A DNA stretch of 63,878 nucleotides, the filler included, from Choristocarpus tenellus KU-1152 (lineage: Eukaryota; Protista; Phaeophyceae): the NCBI GenBank assembly GCA_964200185.2. It is 13 parts of 13 records of this genome, joined end to end, with 100 filler letters (N's around TTAATTAATTAA, not from the genome) between each part and the next. Parts side by side here need not be neighbours in the genome. Positions count along the whole stretch, not along the records: positions 1 to 3,918 come from CAXNAD020017155.1; positions 4,019 to 15,267 come from CAXNAD020002426.1; 11 more parts are not named here. One strand, given 5' to 3'. The notes under the pieces are model-generated. The model was not told the DNA's origin, did no database searches, and saw only the letters and a list, made by a program, of their open reading frames with translations. Made by a program: the position numbers and the translations under genes. This document shows positions 1 through 13,080 of this stretch, one piece after another. Position 1 is the stretch's first letter; every line of letters starts with the position of its first letter.

Positions 1-60
1 AGAAAAAAAAACACCCCGCCCCCACCCGCAACCACCCCGCCCCCCCCCCCCCCCCCCCCC

Positions 61-1041
61 CCCCGTCCACGTGTCGCACTCTAGAGGACCCAGTGGCAAC
101 CAACAGCGAGGCTAAAAGAGGTTTACGAGCCTTGTCAGCAGATGGATCAGCTGTCCATTCCCAAGACCGTTGCACCGGCTTCATTCTTTACCTACAGAAC
201 GTGCCCTTGGCGACCTCCATGCTACAAAAAGCAGCATAGAAAATCTGGTGCAAGGTTTCTCCTTATCACATTCGACTCATGCTGTCTCACCTCTTCCCTC
301 AGCTTGGAACAGTCTACCGAGGGCAAATAAAATTGGCGCTGCTCACTAGGAACAAACGGTTGTGTTACTGATTTCATTTGCTGAGAACTTCCAATACACA
401 CCCCGGTGGATGTCTAACTCGTTTTGTTTGGCAGGGTCACGAAGTAATACTATACAGTAGGAGTTGTCAGCAGCCTGTTTGAAGGGGCGGGGGGCAGGGG
501 GGGCTCAAATGATAAAACAGCTCTTACAGCAGTTCCTTGGAAAATAAATATATATATATATATATATATACGCAAAAAAAAATGAATTTGAGCTCTGGAA
601 CAAGAAGAGGGAGACGAGTCTCGGAGAGCCCTCCAACAGTAAAAAAGCACAGACTTACGTACGTACAGAACAAGCCTTCTCAACATATCCAGGCAACTGC
701 TTACAAGTCTACCCTCCCTTCCAATCAGGCACACGCCTCCTTAACACACAGAACGATGGGACGGTGGACAGTGGCACAATGCGACAGTTTCACCTGCATG
801 TTAGGAAGGTCGAGGTAACTTAGTCTCAGTAGCCGAACACGATCTCCTACGTAAGCGGCGTTTGCAATCCTTCCCCCTTTCTCAATGTTGCACGCCGCGT
901 CGAGGCCATCTGGACATTTTACCCTTGAGAGCCCCAGACTCTCCTGTGGGTGCAAAACGCATGTGTCGTACAATCAAGATGATCACAACAATGTTGGTCG
1001 TGCTACGAGCATGAAGTAGTGCAGCAGGTCCAAGGCTTTGT
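61..1041 (-). pseudogene. Decayed multi-exon gene of unknown product
   Basis: Minus-strand blocks bounded by AG/GT sites with compatible phases (about 1041-794, 740-666, 449-291, 191-61), reading DKALDLLHYF...LPNMQ|EACA*LEGRVDL*AVAWIC*EGLF|LLRDPAKQNELDIHRGVYWKF, with in-frame stops and frameshifts. Confidence 0.4.
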
Positions 1042-3895
1042 CTGCAAATGAAGGGAGACAAACCATCACAATAATGGTAGCTCTTCTTCCCTCAGTAGTT
1101 AGGGAGGGTTGTAGCACAGAAGCCTAGAAATAAATAGTTTCACCTTTTTTTACTGGAAGAAATTACAAGCGTACGTAAAACTGGATCAAATCATGCTGAT
1201 GTACTACATAGAATCCAGGTGGACGCGATATGAGACTGAAAGGCCACATGCAAAAATTTGACTTACTCATTTGTGTGTGTTTCCTCCGTTAGTGGATTAA
1301 CACGTCTTATTGCTGCATCTGGGAGACTATTACCTAATCTTCTGCTCAAGAAATCCTGAAGAATGATGTGGCTGAGTCGCCATATAAAGCGTACATGAGA
1401 CAGACGTATCCTTTAAAAGTCTTCGAGAGCTTCAAGCACACTCGCAGTCATGAAAATAAGAAAATACTGGAAGAGTCGGCACTGATGCACTGGGCAATAA
1501 ATTGGATCAATTCTGAGAGTGCAGTCGAGCTATGTCTTGTATTTCATCACATTGATATAAGAAGCATCTTGACTGTTGAATATGGTGTGCTCATCAATAC
1601 CATCATCTTGAAAAAAGAAAAATTAAGGGAAGGGTGCGACCCAAATTGCGAGCCTTACAGGCTCCCAACCGCATCCAAACTTAATAGAACTAACAACACA
1701 CCAGGTGAATAGGATTGCAGTGGAATCGAGTTTGGAGAAAGCGCTTCTCTTAAGAGTCCAACAGGGGCTCAAACAAAAAAATTACCACACAATTCCAGAT
1801 AGTCCTTGAGTTCCTCTTATCTGCAACGGAGATTACGTGTCTCTATATCAAACATATGATCCTCCCCCCTTGACACGAACGTAGATATATGCCTGACACT
1901 ACTTTCTTAACCCTTTGCAGCCCAAAATTCATCGCTCTGTTGAAATACAAGTGTGCTTGAAAAATACGCAGGTATGACAATCTATTGCAACAGGAGGATA
2001 GTGACAATCGAAGAGTTTCTACGTAACCTCACATTGCACAAGGTACCCCTGCCCCCACCAAATTCTCACCTGCAAGGCTGCGACCTGCCACCTCATTACT
2101 GGTGCGTAGAATAGTTCGCCCCCTGATGAGAGTGACTTATCCCATGGAAGAGGATCATCATCTAAAGATACTTCCGCAAGTACACGTTCGGGTGTAAGTA
2201 ATGGAGACGTATGAAGACCCACTGTTCGACCCCTCTCACCAGAGCGTGACCCATCGCCCCTGCCATGGAACCTAGGGGCCGGCGGAGATCTCCCTTTACG
2301 GGATGACGTCGCCGGCCCTCCTGAGTCTACTCCCAGGTGCGAGAGAGGAGATGTAGGCAACGACATGTACATCTTGTGGAATTTAGTATATTGGAGGTGA
2401 TGGGAGGATGGGTGGACAGAGTCACGAAAGCAGCATCAGGAGATTCTGGAAAGGACGTGGGGATACACGGCTACTCATAAAGTCAACCGAGGGAAGAGGC
2501 CTACTGACCAAATAACGAGCTCTTATTACCCCGAGGATGCACACAATCCCTGCAGAATGCGTTTGCAATGTGGATAAATCCACAAACGAATAAAGGCAAA
2601 CAACTCTTTCACTCCCACCTGCATTCAACCCACGGAAGAACGTGCTTGCCAGAGGTTTGGGAAGGAGGGCAGCTCCATAGTTGAAAATTAAGACAAGGAG
2701 AGAGAGAAGGAGAACCGGAGATAACTGTGCGAATGGGCAGGCCATCCCGGGTAACCTATTCCTTCCAACACAATCTATCGACTCCCTTCCGTTTTTCCCA
2801 CCGACCTAACTGATCAATGACAATATCTTGAAAACAATCCTCTTCACCAGCTGTTGTTGAGTCACCTATATTCTTTCTTCTTACCCATATCATCGCGCGC
2901 ACTTCGCGCGTTTAGGTCCAGTATCACTCTATTTCTCCATTTATTACTTGTTGATTGGTCATTGGTCGGTCAAAAAAGTTAAACTTCTTTTTCCTAAAAA
3001 TCCCTAAATTCTTGACCACGCACACATTTGATTTCTTGTCGTTTCCATTTCCTAGAGGTTGATCCAATCTATTATTTTCTTAGGGGTAAGTATATAGAGA
3101 TACCACCCTTCTTTCCAGGAATTCGCAGAAAAAAAATCCTCTTCGACATTAAACTTCTTGCTCGGAAAAGTACGGTTCATATATTTTCCCCGAGTGAGAC
3201 CAACACCATAGTTTTTTATTATTATGCCTTCTCACATTTCTCAGATGTGTCAGGAGAAAAACCAATGAAATATAATCACATGCCAGAAAAATCCCTAAGA
3301 AAATATCAATTGTCATAAAATGTGAAAGGCGTTGCCTTAAAAAAGTTTAGCAGCAATTTAAGAGTGCGTTATGTGGGTCTCTCTGTTAGGTCAGAATAAC
3401 TAAGCCGTTTTGAGCCGTTTTTAGGAACTCTAATCATAATTTGCGTTTTGGGGGGGTTTTCGGCTTCGTAAATACTGGTATGTATCTCAGAACACTTTCC
3501 GACCATTCATTCATGACCCTCTGCAACTACCCGGGTTACAGTTCGCCTGTAACATATGGACACTAGGCGCGAACGTGTATCACCAGGGCTGGAGGATAAG
3601 TGTACGATAACTCAAAATGTATTGTCACCTAATATTTGGGGAGCGTCTACTGGTAAATGGGCATCCCTCTTGCACCGTGGAGGATGAAAGTTCGATCACC
3701 ATTAACCAGAATTTACAAAAGGATGAGGTATATTCCATACTGGGTCACTGTCCTAGAAAAAAGCTGCAATGGATGGTGGAGGACAGGTCTAAAAATCACC
3801 TGCGTTGGTTTGCATCTGGGCTTGGACCTGTGGATGTGTCTCCAATCGAAGAGATCTACTTCTTTCACGCCCTTGCTCAAAAAAATCGCACTGCC

Positions 3896-3918
3896 GACCC
3901 AAAGTATCTGGGGGGAGG
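3896..3918. mobile_element. MITE family A, terminal fragment at contig end
   Basis: GACCCAAAGTATCTGGGGGG running into the gap. Confidence 0.8.
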
Positions 3919-4018
3919 NNNNNNNNNNNNNNNNNNNNNNNNNNNNNNNNNNNNNNNNNNNNTTAATTAATTAANNNNNNNNNNNNNNNNNNNNNNNNNN
4001 NNNNNNNNNNNNNNNNNN
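3919..4018. other. Artificial contig linker
   Basis: N44-TTAATTAATTAA-N44. Confidence 0.98.
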
Positions 4019-4529
4019 CCCCCCCCCAGATAGTTTCATGGTTATATTCTATGGGCTGCTTGTTCTCACCATCAGAGTGTTGGGGAATACTTCCACCCTA
4101 TACCATAGCAGTTCACAGTATCAGGCACATCATCCTTGTGCACCAGCATACAGCTCTCTTACCTTTCACCTGTTCAGGGATGGTGGCTTTAAAGGTGCAG
4201 GCTTGCACTATTAAACATATTCTGTAGGTGAAAGCGCTATGTGTCCAGAATTGTTATTCTCCATCACACTATACGTATATAAATTTGGTAGTTGTCTGCT
4301 ACTTTATGTATCACCTCTTGAATGCCCAACATACAAGATGCTCAGCAACCCTGTGCAAATGTTAGATCAGTAAAAGCACTCGCTTTTTTAGATCGTCACA
4401 GTCAGTTCTAATCTCTGGAAGCGTTCAGTCAGTGGAAAAGAATGGTGTTATTGTATTCAAGACCTTAATAGGTGTTTCTAAAAAGTGCATATTATGAGAA
4501 CCGCTACTGGTTCAAGTTGCTGTACCTTT

Positions 4530-4768
4530 GAGCTAAACTGTACATATGTTCGGTTTGGGTTTGAGCGAAAGTATTTGAAACGCAAATGTTGGCCTTATCG
4601 GTCATGTGAAAAATAGTGTCCACCAAATGGATATTACCCCTTTCCACAAACAAAATGAAACCACAATCCAGCCAAGGTCCTCTTTCCGCAGTTGTTCAAA
4701 CAAGCGTGTTTTGTCCATTTATAGGGTCCTTAGATGCAACCTTGCATGCCTCTCAATTACTTTGTTTC
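4530..4768. mobile_element. MITE family C, degenerate copy
   Basis: GAGCTAAAC start; interior and CCTCTCAATT end align by eye with 35091-35352. Confidence 0.65.
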
Positions 4769-5044
4769 TATGTTTTCTTCCACAGGTCTATCCTTGTAGT
4801 TCTGGTACTGATCCCAGGGATTCAACCATTGGCAGGACTTTCACTCACAGTTCTGGGTCTAGTTGTGGGCAATGGGGTGTTGGAAAATGTCCTCTCTGAG
4901 CTATGCGAGTGAAATATTTCAAACAATGTACTTTTTGACGGTACGATCATGGTTGTTTTAACTTGACGGTGTGATTGCAGTTTGGACTTTATAGTACGGT
5001 TACAATTTTACCTTTTTTTTGCATGGTTGGTGATGGGAACATGA

Positions 5045-5225
5045 GGCTCAAAGTATCTGGGGGGGGATGGCGGTTGTCCATTTGGGATCAATTTTTTCAT
5101 GTCGCGATTCTTGCATGATTTGGTTGCATACGTCGGATTGATACTGTAAATGCACTTTTCCTGAATTTGGAACAAATGGACAACCCTGGTGTAGACCCCC
5201 CCCCCCCCCCCAGATACTTTGTGTC
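5045..5225. mobile_element. MITE family A, complete copy (181 bp)
   Basis: TIRs GGCTCAAAGTATCTGGGGGGG / CCCCCCCAGATACTTTGTGTC; 4-bp TSD ATGA at 5041-5044 and 5226-5229. Confidence 0.92.
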
Positions 5226-5996
5226 ATGACTCTTAAACGGTTGTGCACAGCAAGTAAGGCGGCTCTCAAATGTTCCCAGTCGTTCAACTATTGTGCTAGG
5301 AATAGTGAAGGGAGGCTGGTGATAAGCATTATTTTGTTGCTGATCTCTCTCCGTGAATCGTACGTAAGATGTTTGTATATTTGACGCTTGTATAATCTAT
5401 GATGGGTTACAGCACTTTAGTGTTCGTCTTCTTCAAGGAAATCATGGATGGTCTTTTATAGAAGAAACAGAGGATACTATAGTGTGTTATATACGATGCA
5501 GACAGTGGGTTTCGAAACGACCTGTGTAGAAGTAAACAAAATAATTGAATCAACCTGGATACTCCAGATGACACACACTTGATGTGATATACATGCTCCC
5601 AAAGGGACCTGTCCGTCACAGATACCTTTTTGAGGAACTTATTATAGTAGTGAACACCTTTTGCAACTCATTGAAAATGATTGTGAGCATTAGTTGAACA
5701 TGAACGAAATTAATTGATGAAAAATAACAATAGAGGAGAGATTTGAAGAGTTGGATAGTGTACATATGGTAGGATAGATTATACCTGGGGATAGTTACAT
5801 TGAAGTGGTGTCAAACATTTTTTTTTCTGGGAAAGAACCTTCACTGAACTAGTTTGTATGCTCCTGACACGCAGTTCCTCTTAATTAGTCTGAAAAGATA
5901 AGAAGGGAGGCAATACATACTCAGAGAGAGAATAGGAGGGAAAAGACAAGTTTAAGGATCAATGGACTCAGGAAACACTGTGTGCCTATATATATA

Positions 5997-8262
5997 CTAC
6001 TTCTGTGCCATAAGTTTGTGTCGTGAATATCTGGGCTCACTGAGCGAGAACGGCAACGAATCAGACGATAGACCCAACAAATGAAATCGGGTTGACAACC
6101 TCAGCTTTGAGAAAATGTATGATGGATCGAGGATCAGCAGGTACGAGCTCGAGGTCCTTCACGCCGTCAAAGTAGGGGTCTTTTGAGGTGATTTCGAGGC
6201 CAGAACTGATCACGTCAAGGGTCAGAACGTCGGCATGGCAACTCCCCCATTGAACCCCCCGCGTCAGAAGTAAAAAAAAAAGGGAATGAATAACAAACAA
6301 ATACCAAATAAAATCCGAAAGAACAGCCTCAAAAATAACACAACATGAATCAAAACAAACACAATAATCCCATACACACAAAATAAGGTACACTTCACAA
6401 TTGTCCTATTTTACACAAGAAGGGTGCCCAAGTGTCCCTGAATACCAGGGTTGCGCTTGCAGTGCGGCACACCCTGGCAATGGGCCCTGGTTAGCATAAA
6501 CTGCCGCGATATGTTGGGGCGACCCTTGCAGCAGAGTTTGGAGTGTCTGAGCGTTACATGGGAGGGCTCTGGGGGGATGTCGCCGATTAGGGGTGGCGGC
6601 ATGAAGTTGGCGGCCTTCGGAGCTCACACTGACCAAGATGGCCACAATACATAGTATCAACTCCGATAATCGGTCATCCACAGTGCGTCAGCTGACAATG
6701 AAGATGGTCACTAGGGGGCTGAATGATAGCACGAGCACCATAAACAGGTGGTTGGATGATATGGGGGCCATGCCGAATCGCAGCTGGATCGAACCCAACC
6801 TTAAATCGTGGCAAAAGGTATGGAGAATGGACTTTCTTTGTGATCAAGTGGACCGGAAACGTGGTGTGTACGCCCCATGGTGAACATGATCCGTGTGGAT
6901 GAAACCTGATTTTACGTTATGGTTGATGGGGAAAGGTTTAGGGTATTTCTGTATGAAGATGGCAGCGAGCTTCTAGGGTCCCCTACTGTGTAGCACAAGA
7001 GTCATATCACCAACACCATGATCATTGCAGCTAATGCCCACCCAGATTCGGCACACAGCTTTGATGGAATTTTTTGTTTGACTTATGTGTGCGCCAAGAA
7101 CGGCAGACAGAACAAGCAAGAACCATAAAATGGGGGATATGTACGAGCATGACTGTACTTTAGATCATTCATGGTACAGGAAGTGGTACATGGAGCAGTT
7201 ACTGCCTGCAATCAAGACCAAGATGCCTTGGATGCAGGAGAAGCGCGTTGTCATTCAGCAAGACGGTGCCACACACCACACAGGCAAGGGCAACTCATAA
7301 ATATTGTCAGGGGCAGGGAAGACTGAGGGGTGGTCGATTAGCCTTGTGGTGCAGCCATCTAACTCCCCCGACCCCAATAATATCATTGACCTGTGCTTCT
7401 TCAGGTCTTTGAAATGCCGGGTGATGGAGGAGCGGTTTGGGTTCGTCGAGGAGATGGTGAAGGTCATTAAGAAACAGTATGAGGAATATGATGAAACCAC
7501 ACTTGATAGGGCTTGGCAGCTCCTTTTTGTGGTGTATAATCAAGTATTTAGTACAAAGGGGGGAATGACTTCAGTGTGGAGCACACAGGGGTAAGGAAGA
7601 GGCAGTTGTCTGGTGAGCTTTAAAGCACGCTGAAGGTAGACATGGAGGCCTTTTCTGTGGCTGATAAAATTGTGATGGATGGGGAGTAATGTGCAAAGCA
7701 TGTATGTCTGTTGTTATACCGTTATTACCGTATTACATATATCATCATACCTTCATTCCGTCGTATCGATTGAGGTACCTTGTCAAGCACCCATAATTCC
7801 ACTGATGGACCTTCCGTCAGAATGAAACCATGGAATCTCTTTATGAGACCAATCCCATAGATTTGGGACAGCTCGTCATTCAGAGTTATCACACACGAAA
7901 TAATCACTTTGTTCTCACGTCTTGACTGGTGGTGGTGAAGCCCCCTCTCTGAATATATTCATCACTCCTCAATTTTCCCTTCAAGTTCTTGCAGTGTTGC
8001 ACTTGTCCAACCTTAACCTTGTACTCTTGGTTACGGTTCGTCTTGGTTCGTCAGGTCCGTCTTGCCCGGTGATTCTCTTCGCCACCCTTACCTGAGTGAA
8101 CCACGCGGCCATAGAATCACACGATTCATAGTAGTGATAATAAAAAGAGCTGACCCTAACCAGAGATTCATCAAGGATTCAAAATCTTCTTTCAGAAATG
8201 AATTTCATCACCTTCTTCAAAAGTTATGGACAACACGGCACAGACTTATGGCACGGAGGAAG
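5997..8262 (+). mobile_element. Full-length decayed Tc1/mariner element, plant-type (DD39D-like) clade
   Basis: 24-bp TIRs CTACTTCTGTGCCATAAGTTTGTG / CACAGACTTATGGCACGGAGGAAG with TA/CA flanks; transposase motifs IRVDET, QQDGATHH, QPSNSPDPNNIIDLCFF; several stops. Confidence 0.92.
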
Positions 8263-9225
8263 CATATCCATAGTCAGAACGAATTTCATCTCAATCTTGT
8301 GAACGCTGTCTGAATGGTCCTGAATGTTTTCGGTTACATATTACCTTAATTTGTATCTTATTCTACACACTCCCTCATGAGAGTGGAAGTATAAGAACAC
8401 AGATTGCTTCAACCCTAACACACGACATTTATCTAGTCAACACAATGTCTACGAAGTCTTGTACCTGCTTCTCTTTCGTAATATTTTTGTCAGGATGTCT
8501 GCAAGTTGTAGTGCTATATATGGATATATACTTTATTGTAAAAAACTCCTTTGCTGGAATGCTCCCTGGTGCATTTCAGCTTGATATATGATAGTGAAAC
8601 TTTGAACCGGCTCCTCTCTCCTCTTTTATTGGTAAACATAACACTCACTCCCCAAGGATCGAAGCCTATCACAATTGACTAGGTTTTTTCGTCAGACGCT
8701 CATAAGGTGTTTCATTCTTCCATTGAATAGGAGTACATTTCCTGTGATGCTCCGTTTCGATACAGGATTGTTGGCCCAGTCCGTGTTCCCATACCCTGTA
8801 GGGCCTTTGTTGTCTCTCTCTCCTTCAGTGGGATAGTGCATCCTCACATTGGTGGATCCTGTAACATAATGCAATACATGTTGTAGTCCCTTCCAGTGCC
8901 ACCTGCTTGGTGATGAAGCAGTGTGATCTAGTTCTCTCACAGAAGCTGTAGCTGTCACAAGCACAGTCCTGAATATATAATCTACTGGGCTGAACCTGTT
9001 GAAGTATTGCACACCCTCTCGTTGAGAGAAGCCCTGTGCACCAACCTGACCCTCGACCGTTTGATGGTCCCCTCAGCTGTGGATTTTATCTAGAATTCGG
9101 ATTTAGTCTTGACAGGGTTTCTTACTCATATCAAAACGTCTCCCTCCATTAATGTTCCCTTCATCCATTGTTGCTCCATCTTCTCCATCGCCGCTTGCCA
9201 TTCTCGTACGTCAGACCCCACGAGT

Positions 9226-9555
9226 GCCTCTGATATAGAAGAAGGTTCTGGATGTTCAGGAGGAGATAGTACGTACTCCCCAGACTTAACAGTCTTGTGC
9301 AGGCAGCCCTTTGCCTGCAACCTGCCTCGGCAGGTTGGCTCTGATATAGAAGATGGTTCTGGATGGTTTGGAGTAGATAGTACCTATTCCCCAGACTTAC
9401 CAGTCTTGTGCATACAGCCCTTTGCCTATAACCTGCCTCGACAGGTTGCCTCTGATATAGAAGGTGTTATTGATGGTCTGGAGTAGGTAATACATACTCC
9501 CCAGACTTACAAGTCTTGTGCATACAGCCCTTTGCTGATAACCTTCCCTGCAAGA
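9226..9555. repeat. 111-bp tandem repeat x3 inside Copia remnant
   Basis: TGATATAGAAG recurs at 9231, 9342 and 9453. Confidence 0.9.
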
Positions 9556-9965
9556 GTAATCAAGATCTGCCATTACAGCAAGCACCTCAGTTGTAGCTGC
9601 TCCTTTCCCCTCTGTGGAGGCTTAGTTCCTGCTCTGCTGATATCCTGCTCCCTTTGTGACGGGTACTGCAATTGCTTTTATCGCTCTACAAGCAAGAATC
9701 TTGGGGTCTCCAATCCATGGGCAAACCCCTTCAGGGACAAGTGTGGTAACGACTGCTCCAGGTCCATAGGCAGAATATTGTGGCTGAGGCTCAGGGCTCA
9801 GGCTCAGGCTCAATTGTCTCCGTCATATTATCAGAGAATTCCAGTGCACAATATTGGGCATGGCATACCAGGTACCCGAACGAAGTACATCGCGAAGTAT
9901 CAACCTTGACCTCCAGTTCTTGCTCGTTATCTATAGTACCTTATCCCATTTCTCCTTAGCCTCTA

Positions 9966-10225
9966 GAGTCTAAGTACCTTAGAGGGTAGGGTCGCGTCCA
10001 TTTGGGTACCAAAATCCAATATTGCGATGAAGATGTAATTTTGGCTATCGTGTTTTGTTAGGAAGTGTCAGTATCCTTGTTCTGGACACACCTTTTCATA
10101 ACTTATACGCTTTACCTACTCCTACACATTCTTGAGTAGAAAAATGTCATAAAAAAACTCATGGGAAGCCAAGCCCCAAATGGACGACCAGGGCAAAACT
10201 CGTAGCTTCTAAAATACTTTCACTC
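9966..10225. mobile_element. MITE family B inserted in Copia remnant
   Basis: GAGTCTAAGTACCTTAGAGGGTA ... AATACTTTCACTC; flanks TCTA/TTCA; the paralog has the empty site TCCA at 40181-40184. Confidence 0.92.
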
Positions 10226-10551
10226 TTCAGCTTCCCATTTTTGTCGAAGGTGCAGGTCCACTTTGTTGGTATGACGATGATGATACTATTGCCCGTTTCA
10301 GCTTCCTGTAGGTTATATCGGATCTTGTGATGAACTGCACGGGGATCTCGTACTCCACGCGTCCTCTGTTGAGCTGCACCGGAATCTTGTCCTCGGCGCA
10401 TCCTCTGTTGACTCTTTTTTCGTAGTTCTAGTGCGATGTTTGTTCCTGTTCCGTCGGTGTCTCCGTGAGTTCAGGGACCGCGTATTTTTTGCCGCAGAAT
10501 GTCTTACAGACCCTTTCCACCGGTATAAACCACCAGAGATAATCTCCATGT

Positions 10552-10809
10552 GAGTCAAAGTATCTTAGAGTGTAGGGATGCGTCCATTAGGGGTCCAAAA
10601 TCCATTGTTGGGATTTTGATGAAAAGTTGACTATCGTGTTTGTTAGGAAGTGTCAATATCCTTGTTCCGGACACACCTTTTCATAACGTGTACATTTTAC
10701 TTACTCCGAAACATTTTGGAGTAGGAAAATCTCATTAATAAAACATGGAACGCCAAGCCCCAAATGGACAAACCGGGCAAAAATCGTACTCTCTGAGGTA
10801 CTTTCACTC
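10552..10809. mobile_element. MITE family B, complete copy
   Basis: GAGTCAAAGTATCTTAGAG ... GGTACTTTCACTC; 3-bp TSD TGT. Confidence 0.92.
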
Positions 10810-10977
10810 TGTTGTCCAGGTCTCCACTGGCGGTCCTGGTGCTCCAGTCCAGATGGGTAACTTCTTCATGTCAATCTTCACACTGTTGAGGCTCATAACC
10901 TGTGCAATTAACCTTGGAAGTATTGCTATTTATCAGTAGTGAAGACAAGAAGGTGCGGAGTCTCACACGATTCCCCA

Positions 10978-11164
10978 TCCCACAGGTTTTTATGACATTT
11001 TACCTACTCCAAGATGTTCCGGAGTAGGTAAATTGTTTACATTATGAAAAGGAAGGATATTGACATCTCATAACAAACATGATAGACAAAATTGCATCGA
11101 AATTGCAACATTGGATTTTGACCCCCAAATGGATGCGGCTCTACCCTCTAAGATACTCTGACTC
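10978..11164. mobile_element. MITE family B, partial copy
   Basis: Interior plus CTACCCTCTAAGATACTCTGACTC end. Confidence 0.85.
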
Positions 11165-11619
11165 TTGATGAGGCATGAAATGTAGAAAAAAGTCACCTGT
11201 CACCTGTCAATCCTTCTACAAAAATGCTCTAAATGCATTTCACGGTGTAATATACTCGAAGTTCTGACATCTCTCTTTCATACACACCCCATTCCTTCTT
11301 TTCTTCTTCATGTTCAAGATATGTTATCTTCCCCAACTTTGTCAATGTTATTTGTCATTTGCTATTTGTCATTTTTACTGCTTCTCTATTTCATACCTTC
11401 TCCAATATCCAACCTTTCTTCCAATGTCTCATTTTGCCTCTTTTATCCTGTTATTTGCTATCATCAGGTGATGGTTTTGAAAAAAGTTACTGGAGAGCCC
11501 ATCATGGAAGCACAGAAAACTCTAGCGGATGACGCATATATGACAGTGCCTCTATCCCCACTTATCTATGTCGAGAAAGCAGTGCAAGTCTCTGCAGTCT
11601 AGCAGGCTTAAGTGGAAGT

Positions 11620-11958
11620 AGATCTTGGCCCTGTTACAAAATGCTCCGCAAGCTTACCATGATGGGACATATAGCTCCAATCCACAAGCCTGTAGGGTGT
11701 AGACAAGGCTTGTAGAGGGCGCCATAAAGGAAATATCAAATATGCTAGATCTCTCACCTCGATTATTCAGTTTGTTGGTTTCATTGGGGTATAAACAGGA
11801 CTGGATGGACATTTCCGACATCTATACGGCATCATAATGACTACTTCAAAAAAATAACAGCCAAATAGTCGAGAAGTACAAATATATATGTATAACCTAG
11901 GACTTCAAGGTCATGATGATGGTTTCATTAACGCCATGAACGCCTATCGCCTATGACA
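11620..11958 (+). repeat. Dispersed repeat, copy 1 (decayed coding-like)
   Basis: About 330 bp similar to 14501-14834; the 5' part is related to 56651-56940. Confidence 0.8.
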
Positions 11959-12794
11959 TGCCCCTCCTCCATGAGGCATAACTGCTTCAATACAAAGAAC
12001 AGGCGATTGGACAAGGATATAAAATGTAACTCCTTATCATATAATTAGCGTAGTACACAAATAAAACTTGTGTCACTTCCAGGTCCTAACATATCAGTAA
12101 CCAGCATTGGGGATCCAGTGGAGGAGGAAACCTGGAGGAAAAACCCTCTTCCAACGTTTGCCTTGATGGCAGATAGGCTAGCGTGATATTCACAGCTCAA
12201 GGCACTAACTCTGCATTCAACTCAACGTTCAAGAGAAAATCTCCTACACCAAAGTCTCACACTCATGCTAAATAGGGAAATGTCATAAAGGACTCTCCCC
12301 CCTTTTCAAAAACAAAAAACAAAGAAATAAAGACGCAAAAAAATATTGCTGACATTCAAGAAGAAATAGGGCGCTTTATAGTGTTTTTCACATCTATGTT
12401 TTTTTTTTTAGGGCTTATACTCACATATGCATAGTTTTCACTTGTTTTCCCCCTGACACATCTGCAAATGTCAGAGGGCATAATAATATATAATAGGGTG
12501 CTACCATAGAAATGGTCTCCCTCCTTAGGAATTATGAACATACTCTGTACAATAGGTTTGTACCGTTAATTTTTTCTTATTCGCTTTTTTCAAATGTGAG
12601 ATTCAGAACTAACAAACAATATCTCGTTCAAAAGTCAAAAGCTTCGGCTTCCACATAAGATATCTTCAAAAAGTTTATTCATGTCGAAATGGTTGAGAAA
12701 TCCGTCCCTGAATACAAACCTTTTTTTTTTCGGAAATCGCAGATATAACAAAAACAGACAAACCAGCAAAAAATGTCTGGAAATAGTGGTTAAT

Positions 12795-13080
12795 GGACCG
12801 TAACATATCAAGGAGACCTCCAATGAAGATGCGGTTAGTTGCGTTGAAATCCTTGGCATTTTGTTCATTGAACCAATCACTCGTCGCTCTCATTTCCTCC
12901 TGAGGGCCTTCTAGACCACTTGATCCCCATTGACGCACACGTACGTGCACAACGCGGCCACAACTTGGTGGATTGAGGAAGAGAATGAGAGTGACGAGAA
13001 ATTCGTTTAATCCAAGAACGCCAAGGAATCCGACACATCTAATCGCGTCTTCATTGGAGTCTCGATGAGATGTCATGGCC
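12795..13080. repeat. Foldback element with ~105-bp inverted arms
   Basis: 12795-12900 is an imperfect reverse complement of 12975-13080 (GAGACCTCCAATGAAGATGCGGTTAG vs CTAATCGCGTCTTCATTGGAGTCTC). Confidence 0.85.

Larger units (their letters stand above)
8366..10330 (-). mobile_element. Internally deleted Ty1/Copia LTR retrotransposon remnant
   Basis: RT/RNaseH motifs WKGLQHVLHYVTGS and GYGNTDWANNPVSKRSITG; EPSSISEAL; polypurine tract GAGGGAGTG followed by TG near 8366-8376; homologous to 38945-40260. Confidence 0.88.

Noticed and set aside
3565-3895. Possible Gypsy chromodomain remnant; CACTA motif near 3560
   Set aside because: Similarity too weak and no partner terminus.
3963-3974. Recurrent TTAATTAATTAA palindrome and ORFs ending in X-runs or LIN
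   Set aside because: Assembly linker, always centred in N44 flanks.
5045-5225. MITEs as intron-generating elements
   Set aside because: No consistent terminal GT/AG, and no copy sits at an exon junction of an intact gene.
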